DNA from: a virus
Direction: 5' to 3' (one strand)
Length of the DNA stretch: 64,000 bases
IMG/VR virus record: IMGVR_UViG_3300042892_002669
Location: 1-64,000 of that record
Both the position numbers and the translations under genes were made by a program. Under the pieces are notes generated by a model that worked only from the letters and a program-made list of their open reading frames with translations, had not been told where the DNA came from and did not search any database. Of this stretch, positions 30,151-39,828 are shown one piece after another (within the stretch, counting starts at the first letter, position 1; the number at the start of each line of letters is the position of its first letter).

Positions 30151-33100
30151 TTATACGCCTATCGGATTAGGTCCGCCTGTGGGCACACTAGTCATAGTTA
30201 TCTTAAATTTAGCACCGGTTGAGTTGTTTATGATGTACAACCCGTCACTACCTGGCATCATGGTCCAAGTGTTAGCTTCATTCTTCATGGTAACATCACT
30301 GACATACAAGTTCTTCCAATGCAGATCAAGAGTTGGAACAACAGCAAGTATCAAGTCATTTACACCATCTGTGCCGTTCAATGCACTACCAAAAATAGTA
30401 ACTGTGTCATTAAATGTTAGAGTTGAGCCAGATGAAGTTGTACTATCAGCCGCAGCCGTTAGGGTTAAAGTGTTAGTTAAACTGTCAATAGTTACTACTC
30501 GTTGTCCAGAAGTAAATCCAGCGCCAGTTACTGCCATTTGTTGTGTAATACCCGAAATGTCATTCACCACAAGTGATATGCCTGTTGTGTTGACAAAAGT
30601 TTTATTTATGGAAGCGTATCCCGAACCTAATGCATTAATCCTAACTTTATACACCTGTCCGCCCACGCTAGCCGGAGTTGTATATACTTCAAATGATGCG
30701 TCCGCGCCCGACCCACTGGTAGCTACCAGTGGGTTCAACTCACCAGTGGGAGAAGATTGTGACACTATCCATGATTCGGCGAAAGTTTTAGCCGCGGCCG
30801 GGGTACCGGAGATAATATCTAATGAAGCGATTGATCCAGCTTTGGCACCTAAATTTTGTGAGGCTGTAGTACCAGGCACAACACTACCAACTGCATCAAC
30901 TGTTGTTGTTTGATATCCACCATTCCAAATAGTTACTTTATTATCCTTATCATTTACTCCTAATCCACTGCCTTCCATATATGGATATGCAATAAAATCT
31001 GCATTTGTATCAGATAGCATAGTGAATCCATTGGTCAATGACGTAAAATAGATACCATGTGTGGCACCGTGATAGCCAGTAATTGATACTAAATCAGGAT
31101 CCCAAATTAAACTAGTATTATCGCCAGGGATTGTGTACTGTCCATCCTTGTGTACAGTTAGTCCAAGTAGTGACCCAACACTGGTGATAGCAGGCTGTGC
31201 TGCTGTTGTCACTGTGCCAGCAGTAGTTGCAGTAGTGGCTGAACCAGCAGTAGTTGCGCTGGTAGCAGTTGCTACAGTGCCCACTACATTTGAAGCATTC
31301 AAGTTGGTTAAGGCGGCGCCGTTGCCTGAGAATAAATTGGCAGTTAATCGACCGGTGGTTTTGGCATATGTTAGCTGCGAATCACCACCAAAGGCTCCTG
31401 CATCATTAAATTGTACCTGTTGCGATGCGCCGCCTGGATTCACATCAGGTTGAGCTACCCAACTTAGTATTCCAGTGCCATCTGTTTGTATCACATACCC
31501 TGCAGTACCGCCGGTGATGGTTACGTTGGACAATGGTCCCAGATTAGCCAGTCTGGTTACTATCAGATTGCCATTGGATGTCAGATTGCCGTCTACTCTT
31601 AGTTCGGTCAATATGCCCACACTTGTTATACTGGACTGCGCACTGGCAGTGACTGTGCCTGCTGTAGTTGCGCTGGTGGCGCTGGCTACTGTGCCTGTTA
31701 CATTGGCTGCTGGAATACTGGTCAAGCCAGCAGCGGAACCGTAGAATGCAGTGGCTGTTAATCTGCCAGTGGTTTTATCAAAGGTCAATGCTGAGCTTGT
31801 GTTGGACACACCACTATCATTGAATTGAACTTGTTTATCTGAGCCTGGTGCTGATTTAGGATTCTGCCACGACAACACACCTAAGCCGTCAGTGGATAAC
31901 ATATAACCAGATGTTCCACCTGTGATGGTGACATTGGCCACTGCGCCTAAATTGGCAGTGCTGGTTGCTATTATATTTCCACTTACATTACCAATGAAGT
32001 TGCCTGCACGAACATTGCCCAGAGTATTGAATGTTACAACGTCACTTGCTACACTTACGTTACTGCCAAATACAAATTCTCCAGCATTGTTATCCCAACC
32101 CATGAATGCATCAACTGGCTCAGTGGTAAAATAATGTAATAGCTGACCTCTGTCTTTACCATCATTGCTTTCTAATACACCTGTTGTATTTCCGCCTTGC
32201 TCTATAATTGGATCTTTAACAACCATGGTTTCCACATTGGCAGTGATAGTAACACCACTAACTGTTAGGTTGCCGCTGATTGTGGCATCGCCTGCTGCTA
32301 AAGTGCCAACAGTTGATAAGTTGCCTGCTGTTGCTGTGCCAGTAACTGACAAGCTGGTTAATGTACCAACACTTGTAATGTTAGGTTGTGCTGGCGTTGT
32401 TACAGTTCCTGCGGTAGTTGCAGTACCTGCAGTGGTCGCGCTGGTTGCTGCTCCGCTTAGTGCGCCTACAAATGTGGTAGCTATTATCGCGCCATTGGCT
32501 AAGTTGGCCGAAAAACTGGCATTAGACAAGTGTGCGTAGTTACCAGTGGTAGTATCACTGATAAAAGGAATATATGCTGTGCCAGTGTTGGTCAATGTGG
32601 TTAATAGTGCTGCTGCATTGGTTGCATTGGCAACTGCACCACTTACGTTGGCGCCTGTTACTGCATTGGCTGTGGTTGCATATGTAGCCAAGCCAACCGC
32701 ACCTGAAACATTAGAACCTGTTACTGCGTTGGCAGTGGCTGCGAATGTAACTTCACCTGTAACGTTAGCGCCTGCTATTGAAGTTAGCCCTACCCCGTTT
32801 GCGATAATATAATCTACGCTTAATGTTTTGGTTGAATTATTATAAGTTAATCCTGAGCTGCCGGCAAAACTACCAGCACTATTAAATTGAACTTGGGTAT
32901 CGTCGCCACCTGGGGTAGTTTCTGAACCACCCGAACCTGCTGATTGTACTACCCAACTTAAATTACCGCTACCATCCGTTCTCAGTACATATCCAGCAGT
33001 ACCACCAAGTATTCTAACATTGCTCACTGCACCCAGACTTATATTTGCACCTGAAAGAGATACATTGCCTATGCTTGTTAAACTGGTCAGTGTACCAACA

Positions 33101-35052
33101 CTTGTGATATTTGGTTGTGCGTTTGTATAAACCGTACCTGCGACTAGTGCATTAGCTACCTGTCCAGTAATATTGGTACCAACGATTGACTCAGCACTGC
33201 CTGCTATAACTGCACGAACCGCATTGGCTACGAAGCCGGTTACGTTAGCACCTGCTACTCGGTTTGATACGTTTGCAAAACTAACAGCACCAGTTACGTT
33301 AGCACCTGCTACTGCGTTTGCAGTTGTTGCGAAACTTACTGCGCCTGATACATTAGCACCAGCTACGCTGTTAGCCGTAGTTGCGAAAGCCACTGCACCA
33401 GTTACGTTAGCACCTGTTATATTAGCTAGACCGGCGGCGTTTCCACTAAATGTGGAAGTCAATACGCCTGTTACTTTATCAAAAGTTAATTTATTATCGG
33501 CGCCGATTGAACCATTGTCATTAAACTGGACTTGCGTGTTGATTCCAGACGCTACCGCAGTTCCCAGCAGTGGGGGTTGCCAAGACAGGGTACCGTCACC
33601 TGCAGTGGTCAGTACATAATTAGTGCTGCCGCCTAAAATCTTTACATTGGCAACTGGACCTAGATTAGCGACTCCATCAACGTGTAATGATGTCAGATTG
33701 CCCACTGTAGTAATATTTGGTTGGGCAGCAGTGGTTAATACTCCAGTGAAGTAATTGGCAGCTATCAAATTGGCGGCGCTGATGTCACCGGAACTCAGTG
33801 TAACATCACTCATGGTAACACTAGTGGCATCTGCAGTTATCTGTTGAGTACCGATAAAAATAGACTTGCCGGTGGACATGTATACGTCTTTCCAGCGTTG
33901 AGCGGGAGATCCTAGGTCATATGTTAAGTCTATGCTTGGTATCAAACTAGTGGTTACATTGCCAGTTACGTTCAAGTCTTTAACATTGGCTGTGCCAGTG
34001 GTTGTTAAGTTTCCTGCTGTCAAGTTGCCAGTTACTGTGGCAATATTGCTTATGATTACGTTATTGGCGTTAACATTGCCTGTTATGTTTGCTGTAGTGG
34101 TAGCAGTGATGCTGGTAAATGCACCGGAGTTGGCTGTAACTGCACCAATCGCACCAGAGAACGATCCCTTAAAGGTATTGGCCGCTACGTTTTTGGTAGC
34201 TGTTATGTTTCCAGTTACTGTTAATAAGTTGGTAACTCTGTTAAATGCTAGATTACCAGTGGCAACGAATACACCAGAACCATCACTTATTTGTATTTGA
34301 TTGTTGGCTCCTGCTGACGCACCGGTGCCAGCCGCAAAGAATGCAGCGGTGGCTACACCACTATCAGCTACATATGCAGTGAATGCAGTGGCGTTTACTT
34401 GTTTAGTTGGGTCATTAAAATCTATGCTGGTATATAGGGCAAATGTGTTTGATGTTAGTACTTGAGCAAAGTATTTGTTGGTTCCCAGTTCACCAGCAGT
34501 TCTGATTTGAGTCATGCCATCAACATCAACGATAGTGACCGGAACACCGGTGCTCAATTGATTTGGTGTAACTGTGGTAACTACTGCAGGATTGGTTTGT
34601 GATATGTCTGCAATATCATATGTTACTACCCCTGCATTGGTCCAAGTTAAGTTACCTGTACCATCAGTCTGTAGTACATAGCCATTGGTTCCACCCAGTA
34701 TCTTTACATAGTCTGATTCGCCTAAATTGATATCAACTGTGGAAGCTGGGCCACCGCCGTTTACCCAAGCATAGTCTTTTGCTACCAGTAGTTGACCATC
34801 AGTTAAATCAGATACGTTAAATGTAGTATTGGCTGCGCCATCAATTTTGGCAAAGTTTAGCAGCGAAACTTCAGTTAGTACCTCTGTTTGAGTGGTAGTT
34901 CCACCCTCAGCTGGTGGATGCAATGTTGGATCATTGCCTATATATAGTCTGCGTTCGTCTGTGGCAAAGCCAAGCTCGCCCTCAGATAATTGGGGTAAAT
35001 CTACGTTAGCCCCAGTGCGGTGTTGAATCCTTGAAATCTGTATGATTGCCAT
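30151..35052 (-). CDS. Long tail fibre protein
   Basis: 1633 aa; IQHRTG..LPQL..GELGFATD.RRLYIG N-terminus; repeated GGT.GYVL.TDG.G.LSW, QVQFN, AQPNITSVG.L and GANVTG modules. Confidence 0.85.
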   Translation of the reverse strand: MAIIQISRIQHRTGANVDLPQLSEGELGFATDERRLYIGNDPTLHPPAEGGTTTQTEVLTEVSLLNFAKIDGAANTTFNVSDLTDGQLLVAKDYAWVNGGGPASTVDINLGESDYVKILGGTNGYVLQTDGTGNLTWTNAGVVTYDIADISQTNPAVVTTVTPNQLSTGVPVTIVDVDGMTQIRTAGELGTNKYFAQVLTSNTFALYTSIDFNDPTKQVNATAFTAYVADSGVATAAFFAAGTGASAGANNQIQISDGSGVFVATGNLAFNRVTNLLTVTGNITATKNVAANTFKGSFSGAIGAVTANSGAFTSITATTTANITGNVNANNVIISNIATVTGNLTAGNLTTTGTANVKDLNVTGNVTTSLIPSIDLTYDLGSPAQRWKDVYMSTGKSIFIGTQQITADATSVTMSDVTLSSGDISAANLIAANYFTGVLTTAAQPNITTVGNLTSLHVDGVANLGPVANVKILGGSTNYVLTTAGDGTLSWQPPLLGTAVASGINTQVQFNDNGSIGADNKLTFDKVTGVLTSTFSGNAAGLANITGANVTGAVAFATTANSVAGANVSGAVSFATTANAVAGANVTGAVSFANVSNRVAGANVTGFVANAVRAVIAGSAESIVGTNITGQVANALVAGTVYTNAQPNITSVGTLTSLTSIGNVSLSGANISLGAVSNVRILGGTAGYVLRTDGSGNLSWVVQSAGSGGSETTPGGDDTQVQFNSAGSFAGSSGLTYNNSTKTLSVDYIIANGVGLTSIAGANVTGEVTFAATANAVTGSNVSGAVGLATYATTANAVTGANVSGAVANATNAAALLTTLTNTGTAYIPFISDTTTGNYAHLSNASFSANLANGAIIATTFVGALSGAATSATTAGTATTAGTVTTPAQPNITSVGTLTSLSVTGTATAGNLSTVGTLAAGDATISGNLTVSGVTITANVETMVVKDPIIEQGGNTTGVLESNDGKDRGQLLHYFTTEPVDAFMGWDNNAGEFVFGSNVSVASDVVTFNTLGNVRAGNFIGNVSGNIIATSTANLGAVANVTITGGTSGYMLSTDGLGVLSWQNPKSAPGSDKQVQFNDSGVSNTSSALTFDKTTGRLTATAFYGSAAGLTSIPAANVTGTVASATSATTAGTVTASAQSSITSVGILTELRVDGNLTSNGNLIVTRLANLGPLSNVTITGGTAGYVIQTDGTGILSWVAQPDVNPGGASQQVQFNDAGAFGGDSQLTYAKTTGRLTANLFSGNGAALTNLNASNVVGTVATATSATTAGSATTATTAGTVTTAAQPAITSVGSLLGLTVHKDGQYTIPGDNTSLIWDPDLVSITGYHGATHGIYFTSLTNGFTMLSDTNADFIAYPYMEGSGLGVNDKDNKVTIWNGGYQTTTVDAVGSVVPGTTASQNLGAKAGSIASLDIISGTPAAAKTFAESWIVSQSSPTGELNPLVATSGSGADASFEVYTTPASVGGQVYKVRINALGSGYASINKTFVNTTGISLVVNDISGITQQMAVTGAGFTSGQRVVTIDSLTNTLTLTAAADSTTSSGSTLTFNDTVTIFGSALNGTDGVNDLILAVVPTLDLHWKNLYVSDVTMKNEANTWTMMPGSDGLYIINNSTGAKFKITMTSVPTGGPNPIGV
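33230..33420. repeat. 54-bp-period in-frame repeats (about 18 aa, GANVTGAVSFATTANAVA)
   Basis: GTTACGTTAGCACCTG core or variant recurs four times at 54-nt spacing. Confidence 0.8.
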
Positions 35053-35107
35053 AGTATAGTTCTTATAAGAAGATGTATACTATTTATCAAACTTTTTGAG
35101 GTTTATT

Positions 35108-35794
35108 TTATAGCAGTTTCATGTAATATTGCTCTACTCGTCTGAACCACAAGTCAACATAGCTGTCAAACTCGTTGCCTTCAACCACAAACTCCAGATA
35201 TTGAAAGTCAGGAGTACACATGAAGATAACACCCTTGCGGATCTTGGTTCCATGCAGTTCATTGTGTGCTGTGGCATATGCAGCAGACTGTACAAAGTAG
35301 TCAGTGATCCATTCACGTTTTTTGACTTTATTGCTCTGTTTGTGGTCCATGATGGCTTCGTCGCCATTGTGTACGCCACACAAATCAGTGGTACCTGCGT
35401 ATATCTTGGGGAAGTATAATGGCACTTCTACACCCCAGTATTCATTGCAGTTGACCAGTCCTTTAGAAATAATCTCTTTGGCCATGGTATGGCTTTGTAG
35501 ACTGTATGGATTAGTGCCTGGGTCAGTTAATATGCCAGTCTTGATGTAATCCTCAAGATACTTGTGCATGCGTGTGCCGCGGCCCGCAGCTTCGGTGGTA
35601 ATCTCCTGTGCTTTCTGCACACCCACACGCTTGCGCCACTCATGCAGTGCTTGTTTGCTTTCCTCTGTTTTAGTTGCGTCTAGGATTGTTGTTACGCTGG
35701 GTAGTTTTTCACCGTCTGGTGTAGCGTATTTGCGGGAACCGTCAATGGTTTCTCGGTTGATGCTTACATATTTGAATTTGTTGGGAGTGTACAT
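35108..35794 (-). CDS. PD-(D/E)XK exonuclease
   Basis: LPSVTTIL, RGTRMH..LE, E..LY...YAGTTDL, DHKQS, Q..AY. Confidence 0.9.
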   Translation of the reverse strand: MYTPNKFKYVSINRETIDGSRKYATPDGEKLPSVTTILDATKTEESKQALHEWRKRVGVQKAQEITTEAAGRGTRMHKYLEDYIKTGILTDPGTNPYSLQSHTMAKEIISKGLVNCNEYWGVEVPLYFPKIYAGTTDLCGVHNGDEAIMDHKQSNKVKKREWITDYFVQSAAYATAHNELHGTKIRKGVIFMCTPDFQYLEFVVEGNEFDSYVDLWFRRVEQYYMKLL

Positions 35795-35800
35795 GTAGCT

Positions 35801-35829
35801 ATTATATTATGTTTTGTAACATAATGCAA
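35801..35829 (-). promoter_or_regulatory. Sigma70 promoter TTGCAT-17-TATAAT, 6 nt before ATG
   Basis: Read directly; no RBS between -10 and start. Confidence 0.7.
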
Positions 35830-35838
35830 CGCATTTGG

Positions 35839-36159
35839 TTAAACGGTGAAACTTGACCCACATCCACATGCAGCTTTTACATTGGGATTTTTAATTACGA
35901 ATTCTGCGGAAGTCAATGTTTGTTTGTAATCAACTTCTGCTTCTTGTAGGTATTGCATTGATATTGCATCTACTACTACGCTGATTCCATCTTTGTCAAA
36001 TCTTAAATCATCTTCTTCAATTATATTTTCTAGAGAGAATCCATATTTAAATCCTGAACAACCACCGCCCTCAACGAAAATTCGCAGCATGGCATTGGGT
36101 TCATCCTCATTGATGATTGATTTGATTTTTGATACTGCTGAGTCAGTTATTGTTATCAT
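35839..36159 (-). CDS. erpA: A-type Fe-S carrier (ErpA/IscA/HesB family)
   Basis: LRIFVEGGGCSGFKYGF, VVDAIS..YL, NPN...ACGCGSSF. Confidence 0.95.
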   Translation of the reverse strand: MITITDSAVSKIKSIINEDEPNAMLRIFVEGGGCSGFKYGFSLENIIEEDDLRFDKDGISVVVDAISMQYLQEAEVDYKQTLTSAEFVIKNPNVKAACGCGSSFTV

Positions 36160-36482
36160 TTGGCTGCACGTTTAGCCATTTTTGAAACTATGGATTCTGC
36201 TTCATCAGGTTCAATCACTGCCGCTTGAGCACGCTGTCCTTTAAAGATAACGTCATTGCCCTTGATGTCATCTATGATATTTTTTAAAGGATCTTTTTTA
36301 ATCATATCATAGATGTCAGAACGGTCTATAATGATATCATTGTCTTTTAGCAGAGACAACAATGTACCAGTGGTCATGGGTTTGTCTGAGTTGGTATCAG
36401 CCATACGTGACTTAAGTTGACTGACTACTGCAATCAACTTAGTACGCAATGGATCGTCATCACCAAATTCACACAATAACAT
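36156..36482 (-). CDS. Hypothetical protein
   Basis: 108-aa ORF coupled to neighbours. Confidence 0.75.
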   Translation of the reverse strand: MLLCEFGDDDPLRTKLIAVVSQLKSRMADTNSDKPMTTGTLLSLLKDNDIIIDRSDIYDMIKKDPLKNIIDDIKGNDVIFKGQRAQAAVIEPDEAESIVSKMAKRAAK

Positions 36483-37189
36483 TACTTGCGCTTTCCGCGA
36501 CCAATGCTGGGAGCTGGGACTTCTTCTGGTTCTTCAGGCATTTCTGCACTGGCTTCCATATCTGGCATCTCTGCTTCTGGTTCCATTGGCATTTCACCCA
36601 TGTCACCCATGTCGCCCATCTCTCCACCAAATGCTGCGGCTGATTCTTGACCAGTAACCACGTTCATTGCGCCTTGTAGGCCCACTTTGGCTTGTTGCAG
36701 TGCTGCGCCCAGTGTGCTCAGTGCCTCAGTTGCTTGACCGTTGAACTGTTCGCCTTCATTGGTTCCGATCTCACTGTTAACACTGTCTACCACTGCTGGT
36801 AATTCTTTGACTAACATATCAGAAATGTTTTCAATCATTTTCTGAACAGTGTCAATCATGTCTTTGGCAGCTAGAACAACTTGAGCTTGTTCAACTCCTT
36901 CGTTCTCTACCACGATTCTGGCATTGTAGATTGGTCTAGCCTTTAATTCACCATACTGATGAAGTAGTGCTTGTTCCATAAAAATCAGCTTGAGATAAGC
37001 TGGATTTTGCTCGCTTTGATGAATGCGATTGGACTCTTTGGTTTCTTTAATCAGAGTTTTTACTTTGGTGAGCATATTCTTTGTCTCGGACAAAGATAAT
37101 TTCTCAAAGTTTGCTGTGGTATTAAAGTTCTCTTTAAGAGCTTTTTTAGCCATTTGGCTAGGCTTGTTGTTAAATTCGGTAAGTTTCAT
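36482..37189 (-). CDS. Hypothetical acidic protein (possible head core)
   Basis: Start MKLTEF after late promoter 37215-37222; E/M/P-rich tail. Confidence 0.7.
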   Translation of the reverse strand: MKLTEFNNKPSQMAKKALKENFNTTANFEKLSLSETKNMLTKVKTLIKETKESNRIHQSEQNPAYLKLIFMEQALLHQYGELKARPIYNARIVVENEGVEQAQVVLAAKDMIDTVQKMIENISDMLVKELPAVVDSVNSEIGTNEGEQFNGQATEALSTLGAALQQAKVGLQGAMNVVTGQESAAAFGGEMGDMGDMGEMPMEPEAEMPDMEASAEMPEEPEEVPAPSIGRGKRK

Positions 37190-37232
37190 AGTTTTTCCCA
37201 AAATACTTATAATGTATTTATCATTGTTTAAA

Positions 37233-37709
37233 TTATTTGCGTGGAGTTTGGCTGAACTTGGCCAACTGCCATCGCTTGGTTGCTATTACGTATGACTCCA
37301 TCTCAGTTGTTATAATCTTGCGTTTACGCCTATCTTCACACAGCTTGTTGAAATATATAAATTTAGTGGCTGGATCTTTGGCTTTTTTGTCAAATCTTTC
37401 ATATAACTTGATGTTTAGATCAATGCCTGACAGTGATCTGTCCAGTTCCAATATTCTGTTGGCTTCATAGTGAGATCCACGATGATCCAATGTAGCCCAG
37501 GTAACTGCATATTTCAATGAGCTGATTTGGTGGGTATAATCCAACGATATCTTGTGTACCGAATAGCAGCTATTTTCTGGTTCTATCATATACTTCTCAA
37601 ACAATCGGTAGCCATTGCCATCTTCTATGATAATGCTGTTCTTCAGATTATCGTATGTTTTGGCATTCAATACACGTTCAAATGCCTGGAACAGTTCCTT
37701 CTCATTCAT
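37233..37709 (-). CDS. Hypothetical protein
   Basis: 158-aa ORF overlapping the upstream gene. Confidence 0.7.
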   Translation of the reverse strand: MNEKELFQAFERVLNAKTYDNLKNSIIIEDGNGYRLFEKYMIEPENSCYSVHKISLDYTHQISSLKYAVTWATLDHRGSHYEANRILELDRSLSGIDLNIKLYERFDKKAKDPATKFIYFNKLCEDRRKRKIITTEMESYVIATKRWQLAKFSQTPRK

Positions 37710-38157
37710 TTGTCAATACCTCAAAGTGTATGTTCTTGAGTTGTGGAGAACTGGACAGAAACAATGGCAGTTTATCGTATTCATTGTTTATTTTGATCAT
37801 GGGCACACTATCGCAGTCCATGTACAATGCCCCCAGATTATTGTCGTCCACGGTAAAAACGCCCACGTGGTTGACGTAGAAATTAAACTGCCAAATCTTC
37901 ACAGTTTTCTTTTCTGTGTACCCTGACCCAAACTGTGCAAAATCTGACAACTTCATCTCTGCTACAATTGGTTCACTTATGTTTTCTGGCTGCGCCCTCA
38001 GAGAGATCACCTGCACGATAGTGTCAAAGTTGCTCTGCATATTGCGTTTATTCTGCCACACAGCCGCACTCTCCGCTAAATCCAACGGAGGCTTACGACT
38101 GACTATGTTAGTTTTTGTTATATTGAATAAAGTATAACATCTGATATTCATGCCCAT
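37702..38157 (-). CDS. Hypothetical protein
   Basis: 151-aa ORF 4 nt after TTAAATA. Confidence 0.7.
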   Translation of the reverse strand: MGMNIRCYTLFNITKTNIVSRKPPLDLAESAAVWQNKRNMQSNFDTIVQVISLRAQPENISEPIVAEMKLSDFAQFGSGYTEKKTVKIWQFNFYVNHVGVFTVDDNNLGALYMDCDSVPMIKINNEYDKLPLFLSSSPQLKNIHFEVLTNE

Positions 38158-38175
38158 ACTGTATTTAATAGAGGT

Positions 38176-38205
38176 AAAAAAACCCGAAATTAATTTCGGG
38201 TTTCT
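38176..38205 (-). terminator. Intrinsic terminator
   Basis: AAACCCGAAATTAATTTCGGGTTT inverted repeat with U-tract on the minus strand. Confidence 0.85.
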
Positions 38206-38221
38206 TGTAGAACGGCTTAGA

Positions 38222-38608
38222 TTAAGCTAAAGTGAAGCCACCAGTGGTAACATCAACTGCAGCTAGTGCGAAGCTGTCAACTGTGCCCAATGCACGAACA
38301 GCGACTTGCAATGCAGCAGCAGTCCAAGCAGCAGCTGGGTACAGAGCGATGCTCATGATGCCATCTGCATTAACTTGATACATGTGAACAGTAGCCAATT
38401 GTGTTGCTGTTTTGATTACTGAATCAACTGCACTGTTAACACCCAATTTTGCTGATGGATCAGCTTTCAAGTCAAGCTTGAAGAAATCAAGCTTAGGACC
38501 AGCGATTTGAACTGGGATACCAACTGCTGTTGCGCCTGAACCATTGGTTTGGTCGATTGCGAATACTGGCTTTACATCACCGTGAGTTTGTAATAGATTG
38601 TTTGACAT
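38222..38608 (-). CDS. Small probable virion protein
   Basis: Own late promoter, 5' hairpin, strong RBS and terminator. Confidence 0.65.
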   Translation of the reverse strand: MSNNLLQTHGDVKPVFAIDQTNGSGATAVGIPVQIAGPKLDFFKLDLKADPSAKLGVNSAVDSVIKTATQLATVHMYQVNADGIMSIALYPAAAWTAAALQVAVRALGTVDSFALAAVDVTTGGFTLA

Positions 38609-38675
38609 TTTATTTTTCCTTTAAAAGTGAGTCATGCAGACTCTACTTTTATTTATCATTTGTGTACGAAAAGGG

Positions 38676-39827
38676 TTACCTACCAGCTAAATTTTGACGA
38701 CTGAATCCCATTCTGTCTACAAATTTTAAGTTGTTGGATACAAACCCCTCTTGTGTCTGTGTACCATCCTGTAAGTATCCCTTTATAGGACCAACTTCAG
38801 CTTGTTTTGCCAATTGATCGACTACCAGCATCTTTAGCTTGTACAATTGAACCCAAATGATGAACGCAGCCTTGACTTCGTTCTTTTTAGTGGGCAGATA
38901 AGCCAACAACTTGGCTTTCATGGTTTCAGTGAAGGGTCTGGATTGCACAAACTGCAAAAAATCAGAACCCATGCTGTTCAAGTTTCCAGCTACGATTCTC
39001 TTGTTCACGTATACAGTAAACAGTCCAGCAAAAGCAGTTCTGGCCTGAGGAGCACTGTTGAATAAGTCATCTACCATGGGACCATAGGTTTGTATGGCCT
39101 GTTCAGCAGCTTTGGACAGTGTGGTGTTTAATTTTAGTTTGGGAGGGTTTGGCATTGCACTGGGCACAATAGCAACATTGCTGACATTTTGCAAGCTGCC
39201 TATTCCACCATTTAGTGTGACTGCATCATCGGTGCTCATTGCATCGGCTTCTATAAACTGATGCACTGCAATGCCTGCTACTTTTTTATCAAACAGCTTG
39301 CCCAATTCACTATCTTGTTCTACTGTATAGGTAATACCATTGGGATTAGCCCTAAAGGTGTACATACCATCTTGTGCTTGCAGCGGGCTACTAAACAACA
39401 GGTCTCCCCAATAGTACCCAGGCTGCTTGGGTGTTGCTCGTTCAAGTCCGGCCCAAATAGATCCTATGATCTTGGTCAGATCCGATCTGACTACTCCACG
39501 ATCTACATCATACTTGGCAAATTGCTGCGGAGTATATATGGTTCTACCAACTCCACCAGCTTTGTTGAACATGTGCTTGTCCATGATACTGAATCTACCA
39601 GCAGAATCTCTGCCAAATATCAGTGCAGGATATCCATCCCATTTAATAGTTACAGTTTTGGGATTTTGCACTGTGGCCAGTATTGATCTCAGTGCAGCTT
39701 GTGCACCACTGGATCCAGCAGTAAATATCAAATCCTCTGGGTGATCCAGATGTCCTTTGGCTTCAGTGACTGGTACTGTGTTTATTTGCTCTAATTTTTC
39801 AATTAAAGATGAGATGTCTTCGCTCAT
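38676..39827 (-). CDS. Putative ligase-like nucleotidyltransferase
   Basis: TIKWDG (KxDG), YWGDLLF, EGFV, LKFVDR in ligase motif order. Confidence 0.55.
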   Translation of the reverse strand: MSEDISSLIEKLEQINTVPVTEAKGHLDHPEDLIFTAGSSGAQAALRSILATVQNPKTVTIKWDGYPALIFGRDSAGRFSIMDKHMFNKAGGVGRTIYTPQQFAKYDVDRGVVRSDLTKIIGSIWAGLERATPKQPGYYWGDLLFSSPLQAQDGMYTFRANPNGITYTVEQDSELGKLFDKKVAGIAVHQFIEADAMSTDDAVTLNGGIGSLQNVSNVAIVPSAMPNPPKLKLNTTLSKAAEQAIQTYGPMVDDLFNSAPQARTAFAGLFTVYVNKRIVAGNLNSMGSDFLQFVQSRPFTETMKAKLLAYLPTKKNEVKAAFIIWVQLYKLKMLVVDQLAKQAEVGPIKGYLQDGTQTQEGFVSNNLKFVDRMGFSRQNLAGR

Positions 39828-39828
39828 A

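Noticed and set aside
30179-34300. Long plus-strand ORFs opposite the fibre genes (also 8913-9635, 12619-13116)
   Set aside because: Antisense shadows of Thr/Ala/Gly/Val-rich genes, with no RBS or recognisable motifs.
35108-35794. Exonuclease as CRISPR-associated Cas4
   Set aside because: No four-cysteine Fe-S pattern and no CRISPR context; a common phage PD-(D/E)XK nuclease.
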